Below are positions 46,997-60,700 of a stretch of 64,000 nt of DNA, in pieces. The notes under the pieces were generated by a model. The model was not told where the DNA came from. It did not search any database and worked only from the letters and a program-made list of their open reading frames with translations. The DNA comes from Amoebophrya sp. A120. Taxonomy: Eukaryota; Protista; Dinoflagellata. The position numbers and the translations under genes are program-made. The stretch's first letter is position 1; each line of letters starts with the position of its first letter. The DNA lies in the NCBI GenBank assembly GCA_905178155.1, contig CAJINV010000001.1, forward strand, positions 9,755,865-9,819,864, in the 5' to 3' direction.

Positions 46997-49900
46997 TCAA
47001 AACCCTATCCTTCTGCCTGCGAAGGCGTCGTCCGAGGGAATTTTCAATTCAGCCTCGAAAGGCTTGTCCACTCGGAGCGGACCGGGAAAGGCGGGCTGTT
47101 GATTCTCCTTGTCCTCAGCCCCAGCCTTCTTCAGAAACCTAGGCGGCACACCCCCGCTCTGCAGCTCGCGAAAGGTGCTCCGCGGGTTGCGGCCCTCCAA
47201 GTCCTCGAGCGCACTCCAGTAGTTTGAAGGATTCGCTTCTTGCCCTGTTAGGTCCTCGTCCTCGTTGTCGGTTGCAGTGTCTCGGCCCCGTTCTTGTCCT
47301 CCAGCAGCCGTATTTCTGTCCCCCTCTTGCAATACCGGTCGCCAGTCTTCTCGAAAGCCCTTCTCCAGCTCGTTTAGCTCCTCTACCACCCGTTTCTGAT
47401 TTGCCGGCACACCAATAGGTGGTGCGACCGGAGCACGCCCGCGGGGGGATTTGCCGTATGAATTTTCCCCCGGAACCGCTCGTGGCGTCGACGACGAGGC
47501 CGGCACGTAGCCGTCGTCGGGCAACTGCGACGCGTACCTCGGATTCGACAGACTGCGGTACCGCTCCGCCTGCGAAAGCGGCCTCTTCTCACGGCCGCGC
47601 TGGGGCCTCGGCTCCACCCACATGCCCGCGTCGGCATCATACTCAAGTGGTCCGCGCTGCTGCCGAGACACGGGACCGTAGAGCTGGACACCGCGGTGCG
47701 CGCCGTTGCTACCGCCTCGTGGGTTGCCTCGCGATCGCTCCGGGTAGTGCTGCTCCTCTTTGGAGTTAGTCCGCGATTGGTCCTCTCGTTCTTGGTCGCG
47801 TGGTCTCGTCGCCTCGTTCGTTTTACTACCGCTGGCTGCCTGGCGAGAAGAGGATGACATGACCGCCGCCTGTTGCGCTGTGTCCACGGCGTTTTTCAGC
47901 AGATTTTCTTGGTCCTCCTGCATCTCGGCGAGCACTTCTTCGAGGAGCGCGCGGACGTTCGGCAGACTCGTCGCCGCCTCGCGCTGCTCGTACTGCTGCG
48001 TTAAGACGTACGCGTCACCGCCGCTCAGTACCGTCGACGGGGGCTCGGGAAGGGAGGACCGAATCACCAGACTGTGGACCTCGGGTCTCCTGCAGCGTAA
48101 AAGCTCCCACTCGAGGTACTCGCACAGCTTCTCCAGGTTCAGAACCCGGTCGACTGTGGACATGCTCTTCAACTTTTCCAGGATTGCGTCCTGCTTCTCA
48201 TTTGCCACCGCCTCCAGCGCCTCACGGCGGGAGATGTGCGCATCGAGTTCGTCTGACAAAGCGTCCTTCGTTTGCTCCTGTTCCGCCAGCTTCAGCATGT
48301 TGCTCTGCACCTCGCTCTCCAGCTGGTCAAGTTGCTGCACCGCCTCCGCGGCAGCGCCGGTCGGGTCTGCTTGTTCTGGTTGGGTTGGAGCGGTTTCTTG
48401 CCCCTCGACGCCTGTGGGCACTGCAGCTACCGCTCCAGCTGCTGCTCTCGAGGCTGCCCCTGCTGCGACTTTCTTCCTTCGTCTCAAGTGCCGTTCTTGC
48501 CGTATCCTGACCATCTCTGGGCACTTTTCCGCGTTTTGCCTCCTCGCCCGCCACACCTGGTCTTCGTATTGCGCCGTCTGCTGCTTCAGATTCCGCACCT
48601 GTTCCTGCAGGTTCGCGTACCGACGCTCCGCGGTCTCTTGCCGGCGGCCGTACTCGGCGCACAGGCGCTCGGCATCGAGGATCTTCAGGAGAAACTGCGA
48701 GCTTTCCTCGATGGTTAGCCGCGGCGTCAGCGCGAGCCGGTCGCGCCACTGTCGAAGCGTGCTCGGGTCCACGTGCGACGCGAAGCCGTCGGGGAGGTAC
48801 TTGAGGAAAGTGGCCAGCTGTTCGCGCAGCTCGCCAAGTTCCTCCTCCTGATTTTGCACCGTTTGCTCCAGAAACAGCTGCTCGTCCTTCGTCAGCGGCC
48901 GCTGGTTTTGCGTCACGTAATACCGCTTTTCGTCCCCGCCAATCGTCTGCTTTGGCGCTTCTTTATTTCCGACGATGAAACCACCTGTGCGGGCTTGGCC
49001 AGAAGTTTTGTTGTTTCCCCGTTTGTTCGCTCGGCGCCTTTTGTTCCGCTTGCTCTGCTGGAGTGCGAGGGTTTCCTCCTGTCCGAGCAACTCCGACACT
49101 TGGTACCGCTTCTCGAGCTCGGTGGCTAGGCGGAGCAGGCGTTGCGGTAGTGGCTCTTCAAAAACCTTCGGCGCTTGCAAATCCCCGCGGGCTTCCATCA
49201 CGACGTCCTCGGCGATCGGCGAGTCTGGTTTTCTCGTCGGCTCCTCCTGCAGCAAATCGCCCAGGATCTGGCACGCCTGTTCCAGTGCCGCGGAGGATAA
49301 GGGGAGCTGCTTCTGCCAAAGCGACGCCGGGTCCGCGGCCTTCAGCGCCTTTTGCTTCTCCCGCTCCAACTGCTCGCGCAGCTGCTGCTGCTGCATGGCG
49401 TCGATCCTGGACTCCAGGTCCTGCAACTGGCTCTTCAACTCCGGGTTCATACCGATGCGGGAATGGCGCAACTGGTCGCCCGGAAGCTTGCTGGGGCGCA
49501 GCTCCGCAACTTTGTTGTTTTTTGCGTGTCCATTTGTTTTGTTTAAAAGAGTTCGATTTTCGCTTCATCGATCATTTCGCATCAACTCCAAGAATGACCA
49601 CGGTACACACCGCAGCTCGAAAAAAATACTCTCCCCTTTTCCGTCCCAGGAGTTTTCCAGCTGGCGCGATTCCCGCTCGTTCAGCTCCCGAAAGCGCTTG
49701 CGTGACGGCGAATCAGAAACGTCTCCCTGCTTCGACGGCAACACCTCCTGCAGTGGTCTGCACTTGATGCTGCCTCCACGCGTTGGATACGAAAAACGTG
49801 GATCCGGTCCTGTGGATCGTTTTTGCACAAAATCGGGTCTCAAAACAACCCCTTTCAAACAGCCAAGAACTGCTTCATTTCTACTGCGACAGCACCTCTA

Positions 49901-50600
49901 CAACTACATACAAACTATGCCTCCTACCAGGCTGCGAGGAGACGCTTCGATTGGTTGCGGCCGAGCCAAACCTCGTTGGAGTATCCTCTCTTCCGGGTGC
50001 CGCACCTGCGCCACCGTAGGCTGCCCCGGTTGCCGGGTAGGTCACGGGCGTCCGGACGGCCGCGGGAGACACGCTGCGCAACCCGGCGGCGTCCCCACCG
50101 ATCATCTGCTCGCGCGCGGGCGCGGAATTTACGTTGGCATCCAGATGTCCGAGGTCCCGCATCCCGAATACCTCAAACCGCATGCAATTCTTGGAATACG
50201 CCGAAAAGAAGATGAGATCCCCGTGCGCTAGCGGATGGGGGTCATTTGGATAAAGACGCTCGCCGTTGACGAACGTGCCATTTGCCGAATTCAGGTCTAC
50301 CAGCTCGAAGCACATACCCCGCCCGTTCGGCTGCTGGTGACCTGTTTATATCGGAATTTATCGCAAGTGAGTACGTGTACAGCTGCCTGTGCTTAACCTC
50401 AAGCACTCGCATCATAGCGTGAAAATTGGATATATCGCAACTGCGTACTTACATTCCAAGCGGGCATGGAATCTGGAGATTCCTTTTGAGCAGTCCAACA
50501 CGAGGTCGTTGTTCGGGTCTCTGCCAATCGTCGTCTGCCGCTCTTCCAGCTCGTACAGGGTCGTCACGGACCGTAGGGCACAAAGGTACGAGTCGCCCAT
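46997..50600 (-). CDS. FHA-domain coiled-coil protein, about 1084 aa, 4 exons
   Basis: FHA motifs TIGRDPNNDLVL, ISRFHARL and LVDLNSANGTFVNG...LAHGDLI. Exons 50600-50453, 50341-49928, 49809-49630 and 49509-46997 join in frame (3255 nt). Confidence 0.85.
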
Positions 50601-51295
50601 CTTTGGAAAGGTCGTTCTCTTTCTCTGTTCTTCCTTTCCCTGGAAGCAAAAGCAAATCTAAATACCACACTCAATTTGCGTACTTGTGCCTCTCTGTCTC
50701 TTTCTTCCCAATCACCGCCCGTTGTCCACTCTCGCTTCTCCTTCTGCTTCAGATCACACCCGCACTAGACACTCATATGATGTTGCCGAATTTTCATTCT
50801 CTCTCTCTACTGAAACTCGGGAAAGAAAAATGAAGACACGCCTCCCGCCATGCACCCCGAGCCCGAGCTGCAGTGCCGTCCCAATACATTCAACATTGAT
50901 GTATATCCACAGCACAACAAATTCTTCCCTGTCGGAGAAAGCCTTGATGACAGGCAAAGAGATCCCAGACTTGATCCTTGATTGGAAGTCTGAAAACGTG
51001 CGAATTGTCCGTCCACTTTCTCTTCCATCGCAGCGGGCCCTTGGCTATACGAAGTGATAGGAAAACTCTAGTAAGTTCAGTGCTTGTGCTGCTCAAAAAC
51101 TTTCAAAAATAATGCCTGCGGTGAAGTGGTACGATTTGAAGAGCGTGTTTATCGATTTGCTTTTCCTTATCACATTTCGATCTACTTTTGTATGTAGTCT
51201 GAGTTTCTATTTTGTGTTGTTCTAGGAATACACGATAGGAAGAAAACGAATCTGAGCAGAAGCTCCGCCTTTATTGCGTGTGCGTCGGAACTGCT

Positions 51296-53434
51296 TTACA
51301 ACGCTAATTTCCAGTACTCACGAATGGGACTACAAGCACAGGAATGCACCAACATAAACATCTTTTCGCGATTCAAAGATGTTTCGAATCTGCGCCGCGC
51401 ATCAGAGGACAGTGACTCACTCAGTAATTTTCCAGCGTAGAAAGCGAATACGACATCCTCGGTTTGGTTATCAGTCAAAATTACTTCTTCGGAAAACCGA
51501 AAATCTATGTTCTTCTGACGAAAGGGGAAGTTCATGAGAAATTCCCGAAACGAGGGAAGACCCTCGAAATAGAAAGGAATGCCATTCCGCATAACTAGTT
51601 CATCCACGACAGAAGCTGGCTCGTACTCGGAATGCCCGCAACGCGGAAGCAGTCCGTACTGTAAACGACTAAAATGTAAATGATTCGCGCCTGCGAACGC
51701 AGGACGACAACGCGGGTAGTCGTACGCGACAATCTTGAGTGATGTAACAGCGGAGAAAATATCACAAAAACACGTATGGGGTACGTGGTTCAGCGACATG
51801 TGACGTAAGTTTATTGCATTGTGATTGTGGAACCAAAATCTTGCCGAAAGTCCTCGGTTCCACCAATCGGGATGCGATGATAGCGTCCTATCGATGTGAT
51901 GACTCAAGGGAAGAAACTTGTCCGTGATCACAAAGTGATGCAACTCGAGGTTCAATAGATCGGGCGTCAAAACTTCCTTCCAGATGTCACACATTAGACA
52001 CTGTGCGTCCGTATGACAAGCAAAATCCGCGTTATGCTTTTCCTTTTCAGCGTCGGTATATGGAATGTGGAATGCCATATCCTGGCTCGTACCCGAAGGC
52101 CTCCGATGGTAGACACCTGCAAAGGCACAGGCAAAACTCTTCAGTCGTGGCTTCACCCGCTCCTCCGCTCCGTTTTTCTTGCGTGTGCTGGCAACTGCCG
52201 TCGTGTGGTACCTCTCCATCGTGCGATAGCGCTTGTTTCTCGGGTATCCTCGACGCACAAAGCGCTTCTCGACAGAACTCGGACGCAAAATCCAAGTTTC
52301 GAAATCAGCAGGAACTTCTGCACCCCACCAACTTATTGGGTATCTGCGCAAATTTCGCGTCGCGCCAGGTGAAGGATCAGGCAGCTTAGAAAATTCTTGC
52401 AAGAGGTACAGCACATTCGCCTCGCCGGTAACCAGCTGATGCAACAAGCAGCCGACCTGAATTCCGTCGATGAGTTCTATTCCGACTCTTCCTCCAACGA
52501 AGTGCAGCTTCCGTAGGGGAACACGGATAGGTGGCGGGTCCGGACCCCAGTCAATGTCCAAAGTTGCGAAGGAGACCGGAAGAAAGAGATCCCGCGGCTC
52601 GAAGTCGTCATCCGTTCGCATGCGCATCGCTTTACACACAAGGTGCATCATCTCGACACAATTTGTTGATGCGTTTAACGAATGGTTTGGGTCCTTGTCG
52701 AGCAGCCCTGTCGTCCAATACCGGTGCGGCAGAACAATGTCGTTAGGAACATCAAAACGAAACTCGGTCAGGGTTAAGCCGGGCGTGCGCAAAAACTTGA
52801 CCACCTCGCCGACAAAACTATCAACCCGGACGTGCAGTCTCTTTTCCGCGTGGTCTGCAATGTTGTCCAAAAATGTCTCTCCGTGCTGCAGGACAACACG
52901 TCGAACCCATTGCGTACTCAAGGCTGAGCGCAGCTGGTTTGGAGTCGGCGGCGGACACTGGGACGAGGTGTTCGCGCTTGAACTTGGCTGCAGCTCCCGT
53001 TCCGTCCCACCAGACACTAAACGAAAATCGCCCATCCACTGGGAGAACGGAGGTACACCTCTGTACTGCCACTGTTCTTCGTACGCATCAGTGGAGGTGT
53101 ACTGGATAACAACCGTGACGACGCGTAATTTTCCTTCTTCCACCAGCGCGTCTCGCGTTTTCGACGAACAATTCGACAACGCGTGTACGCCGTGCTGATC
53201 GAGAAACCCCAGGAGGTGAACAACTGCGTTTTCTTCAAACCGCGCTAGAAAGTCTTCGAGCGGAGAAAACTGTTCCTTGGCTGCGCGGCGCCGTCGGAGC
53301 TCCTCCTCGTCGACGGTAGCGTTGATCTCAACCGGGCTCGAGCTCGGGACCTCGCGTTGCAGCTCCACCTCCTCATCGACGGTAGTACCGGCCTCGAGCG
53401 CGCTCCAATCTGGCAGCGCGATGGTCTGTCCCAT
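51296..53434 (-). CDS. Hypothetical protein, 712 aa, intronless, possible degenerate N-terminal F-box
   Basis: Single long ORF; FEENAVVHLLGFLDQHGVHALSNCSSKTR loosely matches F-box spacing. Confidence 0.7.
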   Translation of the reverse strand: MGQTIALPDWSALEAGTTVDEEVELQREVPSSSPVEINATVDEEELRRRRAAKEQFSPLEDFLARFEENAVVHLLGFLDQHGVHALSNCSSKTRDALVEEGKLRVVTVVIQYTSTDAYEEQWQYRGVPPFSQWMGDFRLVSGGTERELQPSSSANTSSQCPPPTPNQLRSALSTQWVRRVVLQHGETFLDNIADHAEKRLHVRVDSFVGEVVKFLRTPGLTLTEFRFDVPNDIVLPHRYWTTGLLDKDPNHSLNASTNCVEMMHLVCKAMRMRTDDDFEPRDLFLPVSFATLDIDWGPDPPPIRVPLRKLHFVGGRVGIELIDGIQVGCLLHQLVTGEANVLYLLQEFSKLPDPSPGATRNLRRYPISWWGAEVPADFETWILRPSSVEKRFVRRGYPRNKRYRTMERYHTTAVASTRKKNGAEERVKPRLKSFACAFAGVYHRRPSGTSQDMAFHIPYTDAEKEKHNADFACHTDAQCLMCDIWKEVLTPDLLNLELHHFVITDKFLPLSHHIDRTLSSHPDWWNRGLSARFWFHNHNAINLRHMSLNHVPHTCFCDIFSAVTSLKIVAYDYPRCRPAFAGANHLHFSRLQYGLLPRCGHSEYEPASVVDELVMRNGIPFYFEGLPSFREFLMNFPFRQKNIDFRFSEEVILTDNQTEDVVFAFYAGKLLSESLSSDARRRFETSLNREKMFMLVHSCACSPIREYWKLAL

Positions 53435-54729
53435 GACTGTGAAGATTCTAAGTCGGTCTATTGTGATGTAAGTAGTAATGGTCTATGTTTCTGGTCAATC
53501 CTTTACACTATGTTATGCTCTACGTTTACGAAAAGGTATTTTCGTTTTCAAGTATAATATACAAAATCGATCTAGAAGAGACTATACTTCCAGGGTGAGG
53601 GAGCGACTTCGGTATGTGAAACTGCAAATAAAACTCAGTAGAATCGATAGCAGAAGGTGAAGGAGCAGCTACGTTTTTTTTATAAACCGCGCAATTTACA
53701 TTTAGCTACGCTTACGCCCCTGTTTGCATCAACTCAAGGCCAAAGGCGATGGCGTAAGATTAGACTGGACCCCATGCCCCCAAAAAAAAGGTAAAACGAG
53801 TAAAACAATAGCACCCGTACCGGTCGGGCAATTACGATTTTTTTCTCTGAGGCAGGCCAGTTGCTGATGAAAAAAACCGACATCGTGATACAAGACACGA
53901 AAGAAAAACAGAACAAAGGCACGAAAAGCGATAACAACGATTTTCGGAAACCGAAGATTGGAAAAAAAGCACAGAGTGTGCGAAACTCACATCTTCATCA
54001 TGGGTTGCGTTGGCATTATGCGCACAAAAAAAGACACAGACAGTTTGAACCAAACTACGGGACCTCGCGACCACCAACGACAAACTTGATGCTTACATGG
54101 CGAGCAAGGGAAAAGATGAGAATCTCGTGAGCAACTCGCACACCGCATTTGGAGAATGGCCATCCACAGTTTAAGTCTGGAGCTGAGTCACGGATAATTG
54201 GGATGCACAAACAAGATTTTTCTCGATACTTATCTCATTGTACATATGCAGTGTACACGTCGGCTTATGCAGCAAGAAAAAAAAAATGGCAGCAAACGTC
54301 GTTGTGCTCTCTCAAATCAGTGATGCTCATCGTACAGTCTAAAAATCTGCTTGAATGTAATACAAACGGTCACTAATTTTCACTTTCTATGTCCTCGTCA
54401 CACAGGGTAAATCTAACTCGATGATAGAAGCAGTCATAATCAAACAAAGCAACTTTTCTGCGAAGGCGTTCTTTGTCGCTCGCTATTGTACACACATTGG
54501 CTCAAAGTCATTGATTTTGCAACTTCTAAACCGTATTCGTAGCTGCTACCTGGACACTCCGAAAAACATGGATGGACTCGGAATCGGATGCAACCCGAAA
54601 TCAAATTTGTAAATTTCTACATCGAATTGCTCACTAGCTAATGTACTTTTTGTTCACGATGACGAAATGTAGTTTATATTTGCATTTCAAAATTGGCATC
54701 ATGTTCATGTACACAGATGTACACGCGCG

Positions 54730-57700
54730 TCACCCTGCCCTCGGTCGCGCGACACTCTGCGATCGCCACACGTCCGCGCGCTGCGGGACGATTTGTTCCG
54801 TGAAGAAAGGACTTGCGGTGCAGTTGCTGCGGAACAGTGGCAAAAGCGGGTACACATTTTTCGCAATGGCTTCCGTTGTGGAACTGCAACACAAGCAGAA
54901 GGCACTGCCCCACCCGGCCTTGGACAATTTGCAGTTGCAGAAGGAACAGATCTTGTTCTTGATTTCTAAACTGCGCTCCTCCACGTCCGGCACCACTAGT
55001 TCCGGGGCGGCCGCCTTGAAGCTGCTATTCCCGCTAGGGACCGTTGGGCGCCGCGCGTTGTTGACTGGGTCGGGATTCAACCGTGCGTCGGCCATCGGCG
55101 GGTCGACCCAGTTGAATAAGTTCAACTTCGCGGCAGAAGATTGCGCACGGGTTACCTCGTAAGCGAAATTCGTACAGACAATGCGAGGCGATGTAATGTT
55201 AGTGCTGCCCATGCGGACGTAAATCTACACGTACAGTCATTACAGACACAGATACAGTGTCTGTGTCATTGGAGAATAAAGGCCATCCCACGATCTAACC
55301 CAAAAGTAAGAGTTCCCATACCTTATTCATCGAGTGCAATTTCTCCTTGTCTGTTGCCCACTTTCGGAATTCCAAGTCTCGCCTGAAGTACTTGTCCGTG
55401 ATTTTCCTCTGCGACCTTGACCATTTTTTCGGCGTGTAGAAATTCTCTCCAGTACCGTCCTCCTCGGAGTTGTCCATCAATGGCTCTACTTCGCTGGGCT
55501 CGGAATCCGACGACGCGGGCTCGAACGCAGGAGACACAATTTCCGACGTGAGCTGCTTGATGTTGGCGGGCGTGAGTTCTTGCGCTTTCTTCGCCACGGT
55601 TCTTTTCAAGTGCGTCAGGAACAGGAGAAATTTCATGTAGGTCATACCGCCCGTCAGGATTGGGTGCCCGCTGTAGATCAAAGACGCGAAAACCGGCTTC
55701 AAAATCGACTCGATAAAGGCAGCAAGGAAGAAGTTCGTTTTCCGGTCCGGCCGGACTTCGTCTATGCTGATAGACCGGCTGTCGTCGTCGTCTAGATTGG
55801 TGAACAATCGCTCGGCGATTTTCTTTTCCTGTGTGTACCGCAGGCGGGTCATCAAAATGTCCTCAAACTCCTCGTAGCTGAAGGTCCGGCCGTTGTCCGT
55901 TCTGCACTGCTGCCCCCCGCCGAGCTGCACCGCGACGTTCCGCGCCTCGGCCCAGTTTGTGAAGGACCGGCCCTGGTTCCTTCCGCACATGAAGTTCCAG
56001 GCCCGGGACAGTGTGATGAACCGTTTTTTCAGAAAGGAGCGGAAAACTTCCGGATCGGTCTTGTCGAGCAGCGGCTGGCCACTCGTGCCGATAAGGGTGT
56101 TGGGTGCGGCTGGCGGTGGATTGCTGGTGTCATTCGTGGATGATGAAAAGGTGTTTGTGCCGTAAAAACTCATGTCTGGCGGGTCCTCGTACGCCTCGTC
56201 GTCGGAGCTGCTTTCCAAATCGCTGTCGGGCTGGTGCATGCTGTGGCCGCGCGACCCGATGGACTGCCGGAAGCTGCTCCGAGCGTGCTGCACGTGCCCG
56301 ATGGTTTTCACCAAGCTGCCGATGCTCATGCGCTGCGACGAAAGATCCACACTCTGGCGCCGTCCAGCAGCAACTGAACGACTCTGCTCGACCGCTGCCG
56401 CCGCACCGGGACCACCGATGCTGCCGCGCTTCTGCTGCGGGGAAAAAACGTCGCCGGTGGAACCCCGACGGCCACCGGGACTGGCCGACGGCATCGCGCC
56501 GGTCGACGCTCGCCGTTTCGTCGCTTTGTCCTTGCTCGGTGGACCGCTTGAACCTGAAAACGGAAAAGAAACACGTGGCTTCGCAAAATCAGCATCAAAA
56601 GCTTGTGTCGATGCGGCGAAGAAAATGGATTCATCAACCTCGCCTATTGACATACTTACGCATTCACATACTTCGAAGAAATCAGATCTACCATGCTTGC
56701 TTCCCTTCCGGTCAGCGAAGAATGTCGGATTTCGCACCTTGAAATCCCGAATCAGGGGGTCCATAACCGCACAAAAAGTGGTTTTCTCGAGAAATTCGGT
56801 AATGTGACCGTCGGGCATGACGGGCACCGCTGGCTCCTGCTTCGACGGCCTTCTGCCGCTTTGACTCGTGGGTCCGCGGCTGACGTTCGCAATCGGCGGG
56901 GACGCGTTGGCTCCGTGATCCTTGAGCAACGCGCTGTCTACCGCGACGGACGCTCGCCTTTTCGGTCGTGTTGGCGATGGTGTGGAGTCTAGGGCCGCCG
57001 TACTGCCGTCCCGGGACACCAGACTGCTAGTTCCGCCCTCCTTGCTACTGGGCCGACTCGCCCGCCTTTCCGCGGTACTAGGTTGGAGAATCATGCCCTT
57101 TTCGAAAATCGTCCCCGGTGGCCCCATTTCCCGGTTCACCTTGAAGGACACCAACGATTTCCAAAACACGACGACTTTCTTCGCTGAAATTTTCGGCTCC
57201 AGTACCGGGTTCGCCACGACCGCCTCAAATTTCTCGAAATCGACCAAAGTCGTGCGATTGCCGAAGAACGCCGTCCACAGCGCGTCGCCGGTGAACCGGT
57301 CGAGCTTCTGGCTGTTGGCGCTCCACTCAACGAAGTTGGTCAGCTTGTTGGGGATCGCCTCTGGCGTTATCGGTGGCGTCGCCTTCAGCTGCCGCGTTAC
57401 TTCGTTCCGCGGGCTTTCCGGCTCCTCGGCGCACTCGGAATTCTTGTACGCGGACTCAAACGCATGTAAGGAGCCAAACGCAGGCACGAGTTCGAAGTCT
57501 TCGCACATGCGGAGGAAACTCTCCAGCGTCACTCCCTCGTCCGCATTCTCGCGGTAGGCTTCGAACAAGATTTGGAACAGCTCCTGATAGGCGCAGACCA
57601 AATGGATGATTTCGGGTTCCAAGAAGCAGTTGCGTACGCGTCGGTTCCGCCACATACTCTTCTTGTTTTCCTCCAGTGCAAGGTTTAATTTCTGCTCGTG

Positions 57701-60700
57701 GTCTTGTCTACTCGGCGAAACCACGCGACCACCCTTGCTGTAGTCCGTTCCGCGCAGCAACATCTGCAGTCCGTCATCCCGCACAACCTCGTCGAGAAAG
57801 AAAATCTTCGAAATCAAATTGTTGCTCGGAAGTTTGTCCTCGACATTCAGCAACCTTGGTCCGGACGCGGGCAAGACCCCTACTGTACTCGAGACGCTCT
57901 GCGACAAATTCAAGCTCGTCGCGGTGGAGTGGGAAGTTGGCGGCCGCTCGTTGTTGGTCGCGATCGAGTTCGTTCTTTGTGCCAGACTGCTGTTCCGTCG
58001 GCTGCGCTCCTCATCACTGCTGCCCTCCTCTTCTTCCAAATCGAAAAACGAACTCTGCAAGTCCGATCGCGTCGGGTAGAACTGCCTTGCCACATGAATG
58101 GCCGCACGCGCAAACTCCTTGAAGTGCAGCACCTGCGGCCCGGACAGCGACAAACCGCTCATCTTCAGGTCGTCGTCGCTGGCGTCGGACTCCATTTCGA
58201 TCGGAAAATGCTGCGGTGTCTTGCCCTCCAGCAGCATGTTCAGTTTCGCGATCTCTTCTGCCAAAGCATCGCTTCCGTTATTCTGGAGCGCTGCTTGCAA
58301 TTGCTTCTTTTGGTACTCCAGCTTTTTTCGTTCCTGCTTCATTTCCCGCTCCAGCGCCTTCCTTTTTCGCTTCTCTTGGATCGCGCGCTTTTTCTTGTAG
58401 AACAACCGCATGTAGATGTTCGACGGCCGCGGGTTCTTGTCCGCGGCCCGCTCCTGCACTTGCTGGCCCCCCTTCAGTCGCTCGTGGACTTGCTGCCCGC
58501 CTTCGGCTTTCCTCAACAGTTCCGCAGCGACATCCACGGCGCTCATGGATTTCTGCTTCGAAATCGGCCGGTTCGGCGGGTCCTTTGACTCGCCGTGGTT
58601 TAGAAGCGTCGGGAGATACGAACCCGAACCAGCTGTCGCGGAAGATTTTTGCTTGCCCATCAGTACCGACGCAGACTTGACCATCAGTTCCGAGGCGGAA
58701 CTCCGCTTGTTCACGGCCGCGGCCCCGAAGGATTTCATTTTCCCCATTACGCCTTCTCTATCTTTTCCTGGCGACAGCGACAAGTCTTCCAGTTTCCAAC
58801 TGTCTTTAGAGCTAGCTTTGGCCAGCGACTTCTCCGGACTGTTGAAACCGGCGATTTTCGAGGTTTTTCTGGTTTGTCGCGACTTGTTCGTGCGGTCGTC
58901 CGTCAGCTTCTGCAAAATGCCGCCAGCATTTCGCCCCACACTGTTTTCCCGCTTGCTGTCCTCCTCTTCCTCGCCGGAGTGCACGTGCTGCTCCTCATGC
59001 GGCACGTGCTCGATCAATTTCAGACTCGTCGCCTCGAGCTGCAACGTGTGTTGCCGCACTGGGGTTGCGTACTGGTCAAACACCTGCAGAACCCAGTGGA
59101 ACGGGGCCCACACCGGGTGCACAAGTCCGCAGTCCACGCAGAACCGGGCCCACAAGCTGCGCGTCAGGTACATCTCCCAGCAGCTGTAGCCGCGGCCGAC
59201 GGAGTAGGAGTACAGAGCCATGATTTTCCGCAACAGCATGAGTTCCCGCTCGCGCAACACCACTTTGTTCAGACCGTCGTAACTCGCTCGATCGGCGCAC
59301 ATCATCCGCCCCTCGGCGGGCGGCTCCAGCGTCGGTAGCTCTGCCGCGCGCCTCGCGGTGGAGAAACGGAGACAGCTGGGCACAAACGCCTTCTCAGCCG
59401 CCTCCTGCTGCAAAGAGTGCGCTTGCTGCAGAGTCCTCCCCCGCGCGCCGGGTTTGGGGCTGGCAGCGCCGATGCCCGTTTGGCAGACCTCGCGGAGCAA
59501 GTACTCGATTTGCTGGAAGACGGGCGTCGCGGACACGTGCGTCTCGTGCCCCGTTTGCGCGTTGATCAAGCTGCCCTTCGCCGCTTTGGCGTGCCGCAGC
59601 TGGGATAACAACGAAAACTTCTTCGGCGCTTCGTTCTTGATCGCGGTCTTGTCGGCGTAGTCGCGATCCGGCAGAAAGGAAAGCGATAAGTCCTTGTGCA
59701 TCTTCCGTCCCTCCGGGGAAAACCACGGCGTGATTTGCCCTCGTGCATTTATCTGCTCGCGGTTCACGCTCTCGCCGTACAGCTGCGCGGCGGGTAAATC
59801 TTTGCTGCTCTTGCGAAAATTCGGCATCGTGGACGGCGGCGATCCAGGAATGATATCGTAATCCGCTACGCGCTGGAACACCGACACAGCTGTGGTGCAG
59901 GTGGTGGATGTAGATGTCGTTGAGATATTTTTCATTCACAAAGCAATAACAGAGCGCGATTTTCTAAATTTCTACAGGCGACTAGGCGGTGGACAGAGAG
60001 GATGGATTCTGACATGTATTGCGGACAGAACTTTGTGTACATTCACGTTGAAATACGATGCCAAAGTGCAATCGCGCCCAATAAAAGCGGTTTTACAAGT
60101 TTGTGTTTTGCTCTCACTTGAGTCCTTTGAAGTCTCTTTTGAGCATATTTGAATACACTTTGAAATTGACAGTAGAACTTGCCAGTTTGCTTTGCTGGTC
60201 CACACGATGATGATTTTCAACAAAATAATCTCGGCAAAAGAACAAAAAATGCACGAAATTTTTACTAATGTCTAACCGCTTACACTGCGCCATATTATCC
60301 ACTCGTCTCCTCGTTTTCCGTTCCTGTGCCGTGGACACCATGGTCTTCGCCTCGCGCTCCTGGCGTTTCTCTTCCAGGCCTTGCAGGATGTTTTGCCGCT
60401 TGTCGGGCGAGACGTACGATGGAAATCCGGCCCGGTTGTTGGTCGGGAACATGCCCATGGAGCGATAGCCCGGGCTCTGCAGCAGCATGGATTCACCCCC
60501 ACGACGGGAGGGTGACAGGGCCGGGGAGTACAGGGTCCGCTTTTTTTCGATCTTCTTGTACGGAGTCATCTCATCGTCCGCGTACGCGATCGGTGAGAGA
60601 CGCAGTGATTTCGCCGGCGAGGCAGAATTCGGCGTAAAGAATTGCGCCGATGTTTTCGCCCGCCCACTTACGGGACTGCCGGAAGCGATGGACTTGATCT

